A DNA stretch of 64,000 nucleotides from Candidatus Omnitrophota bacterium (GCA_041651115.1 JBAZJY010000002.1:9501-73500), one strand, 5' to 3'; positions 36,285-45,881 are shown, numbered from the stretch's first letter. Program-made: numbers and translations. Notes: generated by a model from the sequence alone, not told the origin.

Positions 36285-38324
36285 TTACCTTATCCGCACC
36301 TGGAACTTATCGACGAGCGCTTGCAGCACGCGGCTGTGCAGGGAGTTAATCTCCTCATCGGTAAGAGTGCGGCTGGCTGAACGGTAAAGGCATGAAATCG
36401 TCAAGCCGCGCAAGCCAACAGGAACCTGTTTGCCCTTGTAATAATCGCTGATCCGGGCTTCTGCTAATAGATCTCCGGCGCTTATCTTTATCAGGGATAA
36501 GACCTGCTCTGAGCTGATCTCTTCTTTTAAAAGCAGGCTGATCGCCCGTAAGATCCCCGGATACGCAGGCAGTTCATTGAATTTCTTTTTCAGGCCGGCC
36601 GCAGCAAAGACTTTATCCAGGTAAACTTCGGCGACAAATACTTCCCTGTTCTTGATCTCCATCCTGTTTAAGAAGTCTTTGTTTACAGTTTGCAGGGAAG
36701 CGAGCTTTTCATCGCCAAGAAGGGCAGAAACTCCGCCGCCTTGCCCGGAGGTAAATGTATACCCGCTAATACCCAGGCGCTGAAAAACCGTTTCCAGGAT
36801 ACCTTTTAAATGCAACATGCTCATCCGTTCGCTAACTAACCCCCGCTCCAGGAGCATTGATTTTTCTCCGCATAAAGCAATGCCCAGCACCAATTCTTCC
36901 CGCGGCAAGCCCTGGCTGTTACTGCCGGGAAAAATATTTGCGACTTCAAAAATATTCACGTAAGGCTGTTTCTGATTAAGATTATAGCTGATGCAACGGA
37001 TCAAAGACGGGCCGATCATTGGCCTAAGAACTTCCTGTTCTTTGCTTAAAGGGTTCATTACTTCAACCGGTTCAAGCGGCTTGGCCGATACCGCATAACC
37101 TTTTATCAGCTCCCGGTCAATAAGGCTATAGGTAATCACTTCGTTAAGCCCCAGGCCAATAAGTATATTTTTTAGCGCAGAGACTAAATCTCTTTGCCGG
37201 CAAGGAGTTAGCTGCGGCTTGATATACGGCAGGGTTGCTGGTATTTGATTATAGCCGGATATGCGGCCGATCTCTTCAATAAGGTCAATATCAGAATTGG
37301 CATCCTGGCGAAATGACGGCGGTTTAACGCTAAAACTTTCTTTTGTTTTTTGTTTTACGCTAAAACCCAGGTGGCTTAATATCGCTTTTACCCGAGCAGC
37401 TGGAATCTTTACTCCAAGAGTATTCTCAACTGTAACGGCAGATAAAGGAATCTGTTTCCCTTTTGTTTTAGGCAAAGGGGTCAATTTTTCCGCTACGCAT
37501 ACTCCGCCGGAAATTTCATTGATCATTTTTAGCGCAGCCGAAGAAGCAGCCAGCGCTGTTTTAAAATCTGTGCCGCGCTCAAATCTGTATGAAGACTCAC
37601 TTTGCATCCCCAGCTTCTGCCTGCTGCGGCGCACTACCACCGGATTAAATACCGCAGACTCAAGCAGGATATTTTTTGTATTCTGCGTAACTTCCGTATC
37701 TTTGCCGCCCATTACCCCGGCAACTGCCACCGGCTTTTCTTTATCGGCGATGACTAATATTTCCCGGTCTAATGCCGCTTGCTTATCGCTGATAGTAGTG
37801 ACTTTCTCCCCGGGCCTGGCGCGCCGGACAATGATCGTATCAGAATGTAATTTATCCAGGTCAAAAGCATGCAGCGGATGGCCATAAGTAAAAAGGATAT
37901 AATTCGTAATATCCACGATGTTATTCACGCTGCGGCAGCCGACCAGCTCAAGCCGTTTTCTTAACCACTCAGGCGACGACCCGGCTTTTACGTCTTTGAT
38001 TATTTTTGCGGTGTATAACAGGCAGTCTTTTTTATCTTCAACTTTAATATAGAATGACGGTTGTTTCTTAACACCTGGTACCTGGTACCTGACACCTGCC
38101 CATTTTAATTTAGAGTTGGTAACGGCCGCTACTTCCCGGGCAATGCCAATGACGCTTAGCCAATCCGGGCGGTTGGAAGTGATCTCTATCTCAAAGATGA
38201 AATCTCCCCCCTGTTCTTCAAGCGAAACTACTTCCAGGCCTGCCATAGTCAGCTTGTCAGCCAGCGCTTGCGGTTGGATATTTACATCCACAAAATCTTT
38301 TAACCAAGCGTAAGTAAATTTCAT
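36285..38324 (-). CDS. pheT: Phenylalanyl-tRNA synthetase beta subunit; carries an in-frame heptamer-repeat insertion
   Basis: tRNA-binding N-terminus, B3/4 domain and B5 domain. Confidence 0.85.
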   Translation of the reverse strand: MKFTYAWLKDFVDVNIQPQALADKLTMAGLEVVSLEEQGGDFIFEIEITSNRPDWLSVIGIAREVAAVTNSKLKWAGVRYQVPGVKKQPSFYIKVEDKKDCLLYTAKIIKDVKAGSSPEWLRKRLELVGCRSVNNIVDITNYILFTYGHPLHAFDLDKLHSDTIIVRRARPGEKVTTISDKQAALDREILVIADKEKPVAVAGVMGGKDTEVTQNTKNILLESAVFNPVVVRRSRQKLGMQSESSYRFERGTDFKTALAASSAALKMINEISGGVCVAEKLTPLPKTKGKQIPLSAVTVENTLGVKIPAARVKAILSHLGFSVKQKTKESFSVKPPSFRQDANSDIDLIEEIGRISGYNQIPATLPYIKPQLTPCRQRDLVSALKNILIGLGLNEVITYSLIDRELIKGYAVSAKPLEPVEVMNPLSKEQEVLRPMIGPSLIRCISYNLNQKQPYVNIFEVANIFPGSNSQGLPREELVLGIALCGEKSMLLERGLVSERMSMLHLKGILETVFQRLGISGYTFTSGQGGGVSALLGDEKLASLQTVNKDFLNRMEIKNREVFVAEVYLDKVFAAAGLKKKFNELPAYPGILRAISLLLKEEISSEQVLSLIKISAGDLLAEARISDYYKGKQVPVGLRGLTISCLYRSASRTLTDEEINSLHSRVLQALVDKFQVRIR

Positions 38325-38325
38325 C

Positions 38326-39366
38326 TTAAAATTGTTTTAACATTCTTAGATCGTTCTCAAAAAACATGCGAATATCTTTTACCCCGTATTTCAGATTGGC
38401 GATCCGCTCAATGCCCATGCCAAAAGCAAACCCGCTGTAAATTTTCGGGTTATAACCGACATTTTTCAAAACATTAGGATGGATCATGCCTGAACCAAGG
38501 ATTTCAAGCCAGCCTTTTCTTCCGCAGGAAGGGCATCCCTTGCCCTTACAGATGGTGCAGGAAATATCCACTTCTGCCGATGGCTCGGTGAACGGGAAAA
38601 AGTGCGGCCGCAGCCGCATCTTGACTTCTTTGCCGAATACCGCCTTTACAAAAAGCTCAAGCGTTCCTTTTAAATCGGAAAATTTTATGCCCTTATCCAC
38701 CATAAAGCCCTCAATCTGATGGAACATAAATAAGTGGGATGCGTCTGTGGCATCCGGGCGATACACCCTTCCCGGCACAATCACTGCCAGCGGAGGTTTT
38801 TGTTTTTTCATTACCCGTACCTGCACCGGAGAAGTATGGCTGCGCAATAACAGGTGTTGGGTGTTAGGTTTTAGGTAAAAGGTGTCGAATGCGTCCCGTG
38901 AAGGATGGTCCAGGGGAATGTTTAAGCCGGTAAAATTATTATATTCGCTTTCAATTTCCGGGCCTTCCACAACGGAAAAACCCATACGCATAAAAATGTC
39001 ACAGATCTCATTGACGATCTGGGTAATCGGATGCAATTGCCCAACCTCCTGCGCTATGCCGGGAAGAGTAATGTCAACTTGCTCCGACCGGGCCACATCA
39101 ACCCGCGCCGTTAAATCTGTAGAGCCGGAATGCCTTTGTTTTTCTGCGATGAGCGCATTGATCCTGTCTTTAAGCAGGTTGGCTTGTTGGCCAAACGCTC
39201 CGCGCTCTTCTTTGGGCAAACCCGGGATTGAAGCAGTTAGTTCGGCAAGAATACCTTTTCTTCCCAGATACTTGACGCGGAATTCTTCAAGCTTTGCCGG
39301 AGAATCTACTGCCGCGGCTTCCGCTTCTATCTGCGCTTTAAGCGCATTAATATCAATAGCAGACAT
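38326..39366 (-). CDS. pheS: Phenylalanyl-tRNA synthetase alpha subunit
   Basis: Class II motifs: HPSRDAFDTFY, PGRVYRPD and FHQIEG. Confidence 0.9.
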   Translation of the reverse strand: MSAIDINALKAQIEAEAAAVDSPAKLEEFRVKYLGRKGILAELTASIPGLPKEERGAFGQQANLLKDRINALIAEKQRHSGSTDLTARVDVARSEQVDITLPGIAQEVGQLHPITQIVNEICDIFMRMGFSVVEGPEIESEYNNFTGLNIPLDHPSRDAFDTFYLKPNTQHLLLRSHTSPVQVRVMKKQKPPLAVIVPGRVYRPDATDASHLFMFHQIEGFMVDKGIKFSDLKGTLELFVKAVFGKEVKMRLRPHFFPFTEPSAEVDISCTICKGKGCPSCGRKGWLEILGSGMIHPNVLKNVGYNPKIYSGFAFGMGIERIANLKYGVKDIRMFFENDLRMLKQF

Positions 39367-39803
39367 AATACTCCTGATAATACTATTGCCAGTTTCTTTT
39401 TGGCAGGATTTATTTTTTCCTCAACAGCTGTCCCGGCCTTAACCTTACGCAGCGAATCAGCATGTATGTCCAGGTCTCCGCCGTGTTCAGGGCAGCTGCG
39501 GTGAAAAACGCCTTCTATTTCCACGGTATCACCGAGGAATTTATAGTTTCCCGTATAAACGATATCTTTAGCCAGGTCTTTGGCTACCCAAATGCCAATG
39601 GCGCTGGATCCATCGTTGACATTTATCCAGACGAATTCCCCGCGCTGCATGACATCGCCGATAACTTCGCCGCTATAAACCACGGTTTGGCCGTCATATT
39701 GCTTGGCATTATTGATCAGCTCTGTGCTGGAAACTGCATCAGCATAACAAGGCAGGCTGCAAGCGCAAATTATAAAATTAAAAATCAGAAAAACCTTTTT
39801 CAT
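39327..39803 (-). CDS. Secreted, C-terminally membrane-anchored hypothetical protein
   Basis: Start moved to MKKVFLIFNF (signal peptide). C-terminal TM helix plus a basic tail. Confidence 0.3.
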   Translation of the reverse strand: MKKVFLIFNFIICACSLPCYADAVSSTELINNAKQYDGQTVVYSGEVIGDVMQRGEFVWINVNDGSSAIGIWVAKDLAKDIVYTGNYKFLGDTVEIEGVFHRSCPEHGGDLDIHADSLRKVKAGTAVEEKINPAKKKLAIVLSGVLCLLLILMRLKRR

Positions 39804-41302
39804 TTCCCCTTTACCGCCGCTACTGCCGCTCCGATCAGCGTAAATATGGACATAAATTCTAAGCGGCCTGCCCACATCTGAATGATATAAGTAAGTTTTA
39901 ATCCCGCGGGCATGGCTGCGTCAGTAATGCCGCAGGAAAAACCAACATTGGCTGCTGCCGAAGTAGATTCAAACAAGGAATCTAAAAATGGGTAACCGTA
40001 AGCCATGCCTACCAAAGCGCCGGCGCCATATAAAACAAAATAACAGACCGTAACCATCAATGCCGACCTCACCAGCTTATCTTCAAGAAAAACCTCTCTG
40101 ATATGGTGGAATTTCTGGACCACGATTGCCCGGTCCGGCAGAATGATCCTCTTGATATCCTGCACCAGGGCTTTAAAGATAATCCCCACGCGCAGCATTT
40201 TGATGCCGCCTGCGGTAGAACAAATACAGCCGCCTAATGCCATTGAGCAGATTATGCCCAGTAGAGCAAGACTGCCCCACTCATTTATAAACTGCCGGGC
40301 ATAGATCGTCATATATCCCGTTGTGGTATGGCTTGAAAGAAGCTGGAAAAACCCTTTCCTAAATAATACGATGGCCTGGGGATATACGCCGAGGCTGGTT
40401 AAACCGGCTGCGGTAATGAAAAATATCAGCAGTATGCTTAAGAAAAAGGTTCTTGTTTCAATATTCTTAAACATTTCTTTACGGTTGCCGATCCAAACCT
40501 GATAATGCAGGTTAAAATTCAGCGCGCCCAAAACCATAAATAAAATAGCGACTGTTTCAAAAAGCAGGCTGTGGTAATAAAGGATGCTTTGAGATTGCGG
40601 GGCAAAACCGGCAGTATCAAAGCCGGCCATAAATATGCAAACGGCGTGAAAAAACGCATTAAATGGCCTTAGGCCGATAGATATTCCGACTGCGCCTAAA
40701 ACAATGGTGCCGAGGACCAGGTAAACAATGCTGATCAGCCAGATAAAACGGGCGGTGTTTATTACGTTGGGCACCAGTCTTTCGTCTCGGCCCTCGCCCA
40801 CATACATCCTGAATGCCCCGGCAGTGCCCTTTACGAATAAGGAAAGCGCGATGATTGCAATGCCTTGGCCGCCGATAAATGGACTAAGGTGCCGCCAGAG
40901 ATTATGGCTATACGAAAGATGATCCAGTCCTTGCGCCAGGGTCAACCCGGTAGTAGCAAAACAAGACATTGCTTCAAACCAGGCGTCAAGAAAAGATTTC
41001 CAATGCCCGCTTAAATAAAAAGGTATTGCCCCCAGAATAGCTGCTGCCAGCCACGAAAGGGAAACTACGATCATCCCCTGCATCCAGTTCAAGTCCTTTT
41101 CCGTGCGGCAGAAAAACGTTAAGAGCAGGCCGCTGATCAAGGTTATTGCGCCGCCGATTAAAAAATCCAAGGCTGGATTAACTTCCTTAAGCACTAAACC
41201 AAGGGCAACCGGGATAAAAAAAGTAAAACCGAGGCAGACAATTACTTTACCCAGATAATAACCGATTGTTTTTATATCTTCCAGCCGGGGCTTGAGGATC
41301 AT
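39800..41302 (-). CDS. trkH: Trk/Ktr-type potassium transporter membrane subunit
   Basis: 500 aa polytopic membrane protein with TrkH-like repeats. Adjacent to two trkA genes. Confidence 0.8.
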   Translation of the reverse strand: MILKPRLEDIKTIGYYLGKVIVCLGFTFFIPVALGLVLKEVNPALDFLIGGAITLISGLLLTFFCRTEKDLNWMQGMIVVSLSWLAAAILGAIPFYLSGHWKSFLDAWFEAMSCFATTGLTLAQGLDHLSYSHNLWRHLSPFIGGQGIAIIALSLFVKGTAGAFRMYVGEGRDERLVPNVINTARFIWLISIVYLVLGTIVLGAVGISIGLRPFNAFFHAVCIFMAGFDTAGFAPQSQSILYYHSLLFETVAILFMVLGALNFNLHYQVWIGNRKEMFKNIETRTFFLSILLIFFITAAGLTSLGVYPQAIVLFRKGFFQLLSSHTTTGYMTIYARQFINEWGSLALLGIICSMALGGCICSTAGGIKMLRVGIIFKALVQDIKRIILPDRAIVVQKFHHIREVFLEDKLVRSALMVTVCYFVLYGAGALVGMAYGYPFLDSLFESTSAAANVGFSCGITDAAMPAGLKLTYIIQMWAGRLEFMSIFTLIGAAVAAVKGK

Positions 41303-41311
41303 TATTTATCC

Positions 41312-41428
41312 TTAAAATTTGATTGCCAGGCCAAAGCCGACCAAAAATGCCGCCGCCGCAATTAAGAGAATATATAAAACCTCAACAGCTATTCCGAATA
41401 CGGGATTCAAAATTGTTTTTGCGTTCAT
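41312..41428 (-). CDS. Small hydrophobic peptide (38 aa) between trkA and trkH
   Basis: Hand translation: MNAKTILNPVFGIAVEVLYILLIAAAAFLVGFGLAIKF. The start abuts the trkA stop. Confidence 0.2.
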   Translation of the reverse strand: MNAKTILNPVFGIAVEVLYILLIAAAAFLVGFGLAIKF

Positions 41429-42091
41429 TTAGAGTTTGCCCACTAACACGCTCAACAGCTGGGGCTCGTTTCCGACGAGGGTAAGGGCGATGATGTCGTC
41501 CCCGGGCTCAAGCACGGTATTGCCCTTGGGAACAATCACTTCTTCTCCCCTGACAATGGAAACGAATACGGAATCAGCCGGCAGCTGGATATCCTGTATC
41601 TGCTTATTTATTACCGGCGAATCTTGAGGCAGGTCAACGCGCACAATGGAAAGCTTGCCGCGCTTAAAACTCATCAGGTTCACGAAATCGGAAAAAGAAA
41701 CTTCTTCTTCTATAATCTTGGCGATGATCTTGGTGGAATCTATGGGCACGTCAATGCCCAGTTCTGAAAACGTATGCTCGTTATCGGGATTATTGACTTT
41801 GGCTACTGTGCGCTGAACATGGAATTTTTCTTTGGCTAACTGACAGATAATCAGGTTGTCCTCGTCGTCTCCGGTAACCGCGGCTAAGACATCGGCATGA
41901 GCTGCGCCTGCTTCTTCCAGTATGCGCGGCTCGCAGCCATCGCCGTGGATCACTAATGCATCCAGTTGTTTTGCCGTTTCTTCGCAAAGCTGCCGGTCTT
42001 TATCCACAATGCTGACCGTATGATTATTCAACAGCATGCGCTTTGCCAGAAAATAGCCCACTTTTCCCGCGCCGACAATCACTACGTACAT
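41429..42091 (-). CDS. trkA: Potassium uptake protein TrkA (RCK/NAD-binding), copy 2
   Basis: MYVVIVGAGKVG Rossmann motif and RCK_C domain. Confidence 0.75.
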   Translation of the reverse strand: MYVVIVGAGKVGYFLAKRMLLNNHTVSIVDKDRQLCEETAKQLDALVIHGDGCEPRILEEAGAAHADVLAAVTGDDEDNLIICQLAKEKFHVQRTVAKVNNPDNEHTFSELGIDVPIDSTKIIAKIIEEEVSFSDFVNLMSFKRGKLSIVRVDLPQDSPVINKQIQDIQLPADSVFVSIVRGEEVIVPKGNTVLEPGDDIIALTLVGNEPQLLSVLVGKL

Positions 42092-42738
42092 TACCCTAAG
42101 CCCAGCCTTTCCTTGACTTCGTTAAGGTTGGCAACCTTGACTACGCCCATCAAGATATCTTTTTCTTTCATTACCGTATCCTGCTCGGGGATAATTACGC
42201 CGTCCATCCTTCTTATCGCCACCACCATAAATTCGCCCGGAATATTAATGTTCTTTATCAACTGACCCTTGAGCCCGGACTTGACTTCAATTTCAATGAC
42301 CCCGAGGTCTTTTGTTTCAATAAGGTAGCTGGAAAACCGACTTTCAATGATCTTATCGCGGATCATTGAAGCAAAGAGGATCGTTCCGCTGATAATATCC
42401 ATCCCGAGCGCGGCATAGATATGCGCGCGCTGCGGATCATAAACACGGGCGATCACCTTAGGAACGTTGAATATTTTCTTGGCTGCCTGGGCAGAGATCA
42501 GGTTGGTGTTGTCTCCGTTAGTCAGCGCGCAAAACGCCTCTGCCTTTTCCACCCCGGCCTGCTTTAAAATATTCAGGTCAAAGCCGTTGCCAGTAAGGGT
42601 CACTCCGTTAAAGGTCTCGCCCAAGCGGTCAAATGACGAAACATTCTTGTCAATGACAACTACATCATTGCTTTCATTAGACAAAAGCTTGGCAAGCTCC
42701 GAGCCCACCCTTCCGCATCCGACAATGATCACGTGCAT
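42091..42738 (-). CDS. trkA: Potassium uptake protein TrkA (RCK/NAD-binding), copy 1
   Basis: MHVIIVGCGRVG Rossmann motif. Confidence 0.75.
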   Translation of the reverse strand: MHVIIVGCGRVGSELAKLLSNESNDVVVIDKNVSSFDRLGETFNGVTLTGNGFDLNILKQAGVEKAEAFCALTNGDNTNLISAQAAKKIFNVPKVIARVYDPQRAHIYAALGMDIISGTILFASMIRDKIIESRFSSYLIETKDLGVIEIEVKSGLKGQLIKNINIPGEFMVVAIRRMDGVIIPEQDTVMKEKDILMGVVKVANLNEVKERLGLG

Positions 42739-42743
42739 ACTGC

Positions 42744-43091
42744 TTATCCTTTTGCGATCTCTACGAGCTTCTTAAACGTCTTGATATCGTTCACTGCCAA
42801 GTCAGCGAGTATTTTGCGGTCAAGCCCGACCTTTGATTTTTTGAGCCCGCTCATAAAACGGCTGTAAGTAATCCCCTCTGCGCGGCAGGCAGCGTTGATC
42901 CTGACGATCCAGAGCTGGCGGAAATCGCGTTTTTTTACTTTCCTGTCGCGATATGAATATACCAGGGCGTGCATCAAGGTGCGGCGCGCCTGCTCAAACT
43001 GCTTGCTGCGGTCGCCCCAATAGCCCTTAGCTTTTTTCAGGACCCGTTTTTTTCTTCTTTTTGACGCAACGCTATGCTTAATCTTTGCCAT
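42744..43091 (-). CDS. rplT: 50S ribosomal protein L20
   Basis: MAKIKHSVASKRRKKRVLKKAKGYWG. Confidence 0.9.
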   Translation of the reverse strand: MAKIKHSVASKRRKKRVLKKAKGYWGDRSKQFEQARRTLMHALVYSYRDRKVKKRDFRQLWIVRINAACRAEGITYSRFMSGLKKSKVGLDRKILADLAVNDIKTFKKLVEIAKG

Positions 43092-43119
43092 GACTCACTC
43101 CGTTCTTTTTTAAAGTTGA

Positions 43120-43320
43120 TTACCCGTAAGGCAACAACCTTTTTAAATATTTGATCTGCTGCTTGTTCTCCACGGTCTTGGATTTTCTTAGATGCCTTTT
43201 TTTCTTTCTCGTCTTGCTGGACAAAAGATGGCCCGTGCCGCAAGGTTTATATTTAAGTTTCCCTTTTTTCGTCAGCTTAAACCTTTTTGCTACACCTTTT
43301 TTAGTTTTTAATTTGCCCAT
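43120..43320 (-). CDS. rpmI: 50S ribosomal protein L35
   Basis: MGKLKTKKGVAKRFKLTKKGKLK. Confidence 0.9.
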   Translation of the reverse strand: MGKLKTKKGVAKRFKLTKKGKLKYKPCGTGHLLSSKTRKKKRHLRKSKTVENKQQIKYLKRLLPYG

Positions 43321-43342
43321 GGTTCACTCCATTCTTTAGTTG

Positions 43343-43839
43343 TTACTTCGGCGACACTACCAACGACATGATCCTGCCTTCCATCATCGGCTCTTTTTCT
43401 ATCTGGCCGTCGTTTTGGGTGTCGGTAATGAATTTATCTAAAACTTTCCGCCCGAGGTCAATATGCTCCATCTGCCTGCCGCGGAAGAAAAGATTGACTT
43501 TAACTTTATCGTTTTTCTGCAGAAAAGTGAGCACTTGTTTCAACTTGACTTTGTAGTCGTGTTCATCAATATTCGGCTTAACGCGTATCTCCTTAAGCCG
43601 GCTCTGCTTCTGGTGTTTCTTTGCCTCGCGTTCCTTCTTTTCCTGGTCGTATTTGAATTTAGTAAAATCTATGATCCGGCATACCGGCGGCGTAGCTGCG
43701 GGTGCGACTTCTACCAGGTCTAACTCATGCTGATTTGCCAGGTCCAGCGCGCGCTGGATCGCCATAACTCCCAATTGATTGCCGTCGGGGCCGATAAGCC
43801 TGACTTCCGGAACGCGGATCCTGTCATTTACGCGGATAA
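43343..43839 (-). CDS. infC: Translation initiation factor IF-3, with AUU start codon
   Basis: The frame is open upstream of the track Met, back to ATT at 43837-43839 (rc). That ATT is preceded by a GGAGG Shine-Dalgarno 7 nt away. N-terminus IKKFIRVNDRIRVPEVRLIGPDGNQLG is typical of IF-3. Confidence 0.75.
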
Positions 43840-43931
43840 ATTTTTTAATCTTACTACCTCCTATTGCTATTGTTAATAATGCGTTTGGCCGCCATTGCGA
43901 GCCAAGCGAGATAATCTCAAGGGGCAGCCCC

Positions 43932-45650
43932 CTATGATTTACTTATGACTTCTTCTTTTATCTTTGTGATAAATTCCTGCGCAGTCATAACGCCGAGATC
44001 GCCCTTGCCCTTTTTCCTGACTGAAACTTTATTGCTGTCTGCTTCTTTGCGCCCAACGATCAGGGCATAAGGAACTTTTCCCACTTCTGCCTCGCGTATC
44101 CTTTTATTTAACGTTTCATTGCGGTCATCCAACTCAACGCGCAGGCCGTTTTCCTGCAATTGCTTTTTTAAACCCAGCGCGTACTCTTGCGGCTCAGGGC
44201 CGATCGGGATGATCGCGACTTGGATTGGCGAGAGCCATACGGGAAAATTTCCCGCGTAATGCTCGGTCAGCACCCCGGTAAAGCGCTCAATACTGCCGAA
44301 CAAAACCCTGTGCAGCATGATCGGCTGCTGCTCTTTGCCGCTATCATCAGTATAAACGAGATTAAACCTCTTGGGAAGCGCAAAATCACACTGGATAGTG
44401 GCGCACTGCCACTTTCTTTTTAGGGCGTCTTTGAGCTTGATATCTATTTTAGGGCCGTAAAATGCGCCGTCACCTTCATTGATGTCATAGGCTAGGCCTT
44501 TTTCTTTTAACGCGCCTTCCAGGGCCTTGGTTGCCAGGTCCCAGTCACCGTCGCTGCCAATGGATTTTTCCGGCCGCGTGGAAAGCTCAATGCTCAAGTC
44601 AGAAAACCCGAAATCTTTCATTGTGGCGGTAACAAGATCAATGATCGCCTCGATTTCTTTGACCAACTGCTCCTGCCGGCAAAAGATATGCGCGTCATCC
44701 TGGGTAAAACCGCGCACGCGAAGAAGCCCGTGCAGCACGCCTGCCTTTTCATGCCGGTAAACCGTGCCCAATTCAAATAACCTCAGCGGCAGATCGCGGT
44801 AGCTGTGGATCTTTGATTTATAAATAAGTATGTGACCCGGGCAATTCATCGGCTTGAGGACATATTCTCTCTCCTCGATCTTGAAGGTATACATGTTTTC
44901 CAGATAATAATCGTAATGCCCGGAAGTTTTCCAAAGCTCTGCCTGCATGATATGCGGGGTGATCACCAGCTGATAGCCGTTTTTCAAATGGCTGTCTTTT
45001 TCATAATCTTCAATGATCTTGCGCAGCAAAGCACCCTTAGGATGGTAAAACACCAATCCTGCGCCGGCTTCTTCATGATATATGTCAAAGAGCTCCAGTT
45101 GCGGCCCTAACTTCCTGTGATCGCGCAGCTTTGCTTCTTCTAAATTCTTTAAATGCTCCTCTAATTCTTTCTTGGTTTTAAAACAGGTGCCGTAGATCCT
45201 CTGCAGCATGGGGTTGGTTTCAATCCCGTGCCAGTACGCTCCGGCAACCGATAATAATTTAAACGCCTTTATCTCACCGGTTGATTTAATGTGCGGGCCG
45301 CGGCAAAGGTCAACAAAATTTTTCCCTGTCCGGTATATGGATACTTTGGCATCGGCAAGGCCCTGGATTAATTCAATCTTGTAATCTTCTTCCAGAGACT
45401 TAAACAGCTCTGCTGCCCTGGCTTTATCAAGTTCCTCGCGGATGAACGGTTCATCGCGGCCAATGATCTCCTGCATCTTTTTTTCAATGCCGGCAAGGTC
45501 TGCGTCGGTAAACGGCTCTTTACGGTCAAGATCATAATAAAACCCGTCTTCGATCGCCGGGCCGATGGCCAGTTTTACTTCCGGCCAGAGCTCTTTTACC
45601 GCTTCAGCCATCACATGCGAACAGGAATGCCGTAATATTTCCAGGTCCAT
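43932..45650 (-). CDS. thrS: Threonyl-tRNA synthetase (short form, no N-terminal TGS domain)
   Basis: HSCSH editing motif, class II catalytic core and anticodon-binding domain. Confidence 0.85.
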   Translation of the reverse strand: MDLEILRHSCSHVMAEAVKELWPEVKLAIGPAIEDGFYYDLDRKEPFTDADLAGIEKKMQEIIGRDEPFIREELDKARAAELFKSLEEDYKIELIQGLADAKVSIYRTGKNFVDLCRGPHIKSTGEIKAFKLLSVAGAYWHGIETNPMLQRIYGTCFKTKKELEEHLKNLEEAKLRDHRKLGPQLELFDIYHEEAGAGLVFYHPKGALLRKIIEDYEKDSHLKNGYQLVITPHIMQAELWKTSGHYDYYLENMYTFKIEEREYVLKPMNCPGHILIYKSKIHSYRDLPLRLFELGTVYRHEKAGVLHGLLRVRGFTQDDAHIFCRQEQLVKEIEAIIDLVTATMKDFGFSDLSIELSTRPEKSIGSDGDWDLATKALEGALKEKGLAYDINEGDGAFYGPKIDIKLKDALKRKWQCATIQCDFALPKRFNLVYTDDSGKEQQPIMLHRVLFGSIERFTGVLTEHYAGNFPVWLSPIQVAIIPIGPEPQEYALGLKKQLQENGLRVELDDRNETLNKRIREAEVGKVPYALIVGRKEADSNKVSVRKKGKGDLGVMTAQEFITKIKEEVISKS

Positions 45651-45666
45651 ACGCTTTTTAATTTTA

Positions 45667-45743
45667 TGGTGGGCCCAGAAGGATTCGAACCCTCGACCTT
45701 TTCCATGTCAAGGAAACGCTCTAACCAACTGAGCTATGAGCCC
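45667..45743 (-). tRNA. tRNA-Val (anticodon GAC), CCA encoded
   Basis: Hand-folded cloverleaf: GGGCTCA..TGGGCCC acceptor stem, anticodon loop TTGACAT, T-arm GAGGG-TTCGAAT-CCTTC. Confidence 0.8.
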
Positions 45744-45774
45744 ACTGATTTTCGTATCGGCTCATAGCGAATAC

Positions 45775-45852
45775 CTCTAACCAACGACGAAAGATGCATT
45801 TTTGCATCTTGAGGAGTCCCGCCGCACTTTGGCGGGACTGAGCTATGAGCCC
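45775..45852 (-). pseudogene. tRNA-Val 5' fragment (acceptor 5' strand plus D arm) duplicated with a 52-nt insertion; no anticodon or T arm
   Basis: The 24-bp sequence ctgagctatgagcccactgatttt occurs at 45729-45752 and again at 45838-45861. ctctaaccaac plus the tRNA 5' end match, but are split by a 52-nt insert that contains a GTCCCGCC/GGCGGGAC hairpin. Confidence 0.4.
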
Positions 45853-45881
45853 ACTGATTTTATTTTTTCTTCGTAAATTTA

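Noticed and set aside
38852-38886. 7-bp periodicity in pheS considered as a third heptamer insertion
   Set aside because: The encoded peptide (DTFYLKPNTQHLLLRSHTS) aligns with conserved PheS motif-1 sequence. The periodicity is degenerate and probably coincidental.
45756-45852. Second tRNA-Val-like sequence considered as a functional tRNA or an intron-containing tRNA
   Set aside because: Only the acceptor 5' strand and D-arm are present. The anticodon and T arms are missing, and the 52-nt insert sits in the D region, unlike bacterial group I introns that sit in the anticodon loop.
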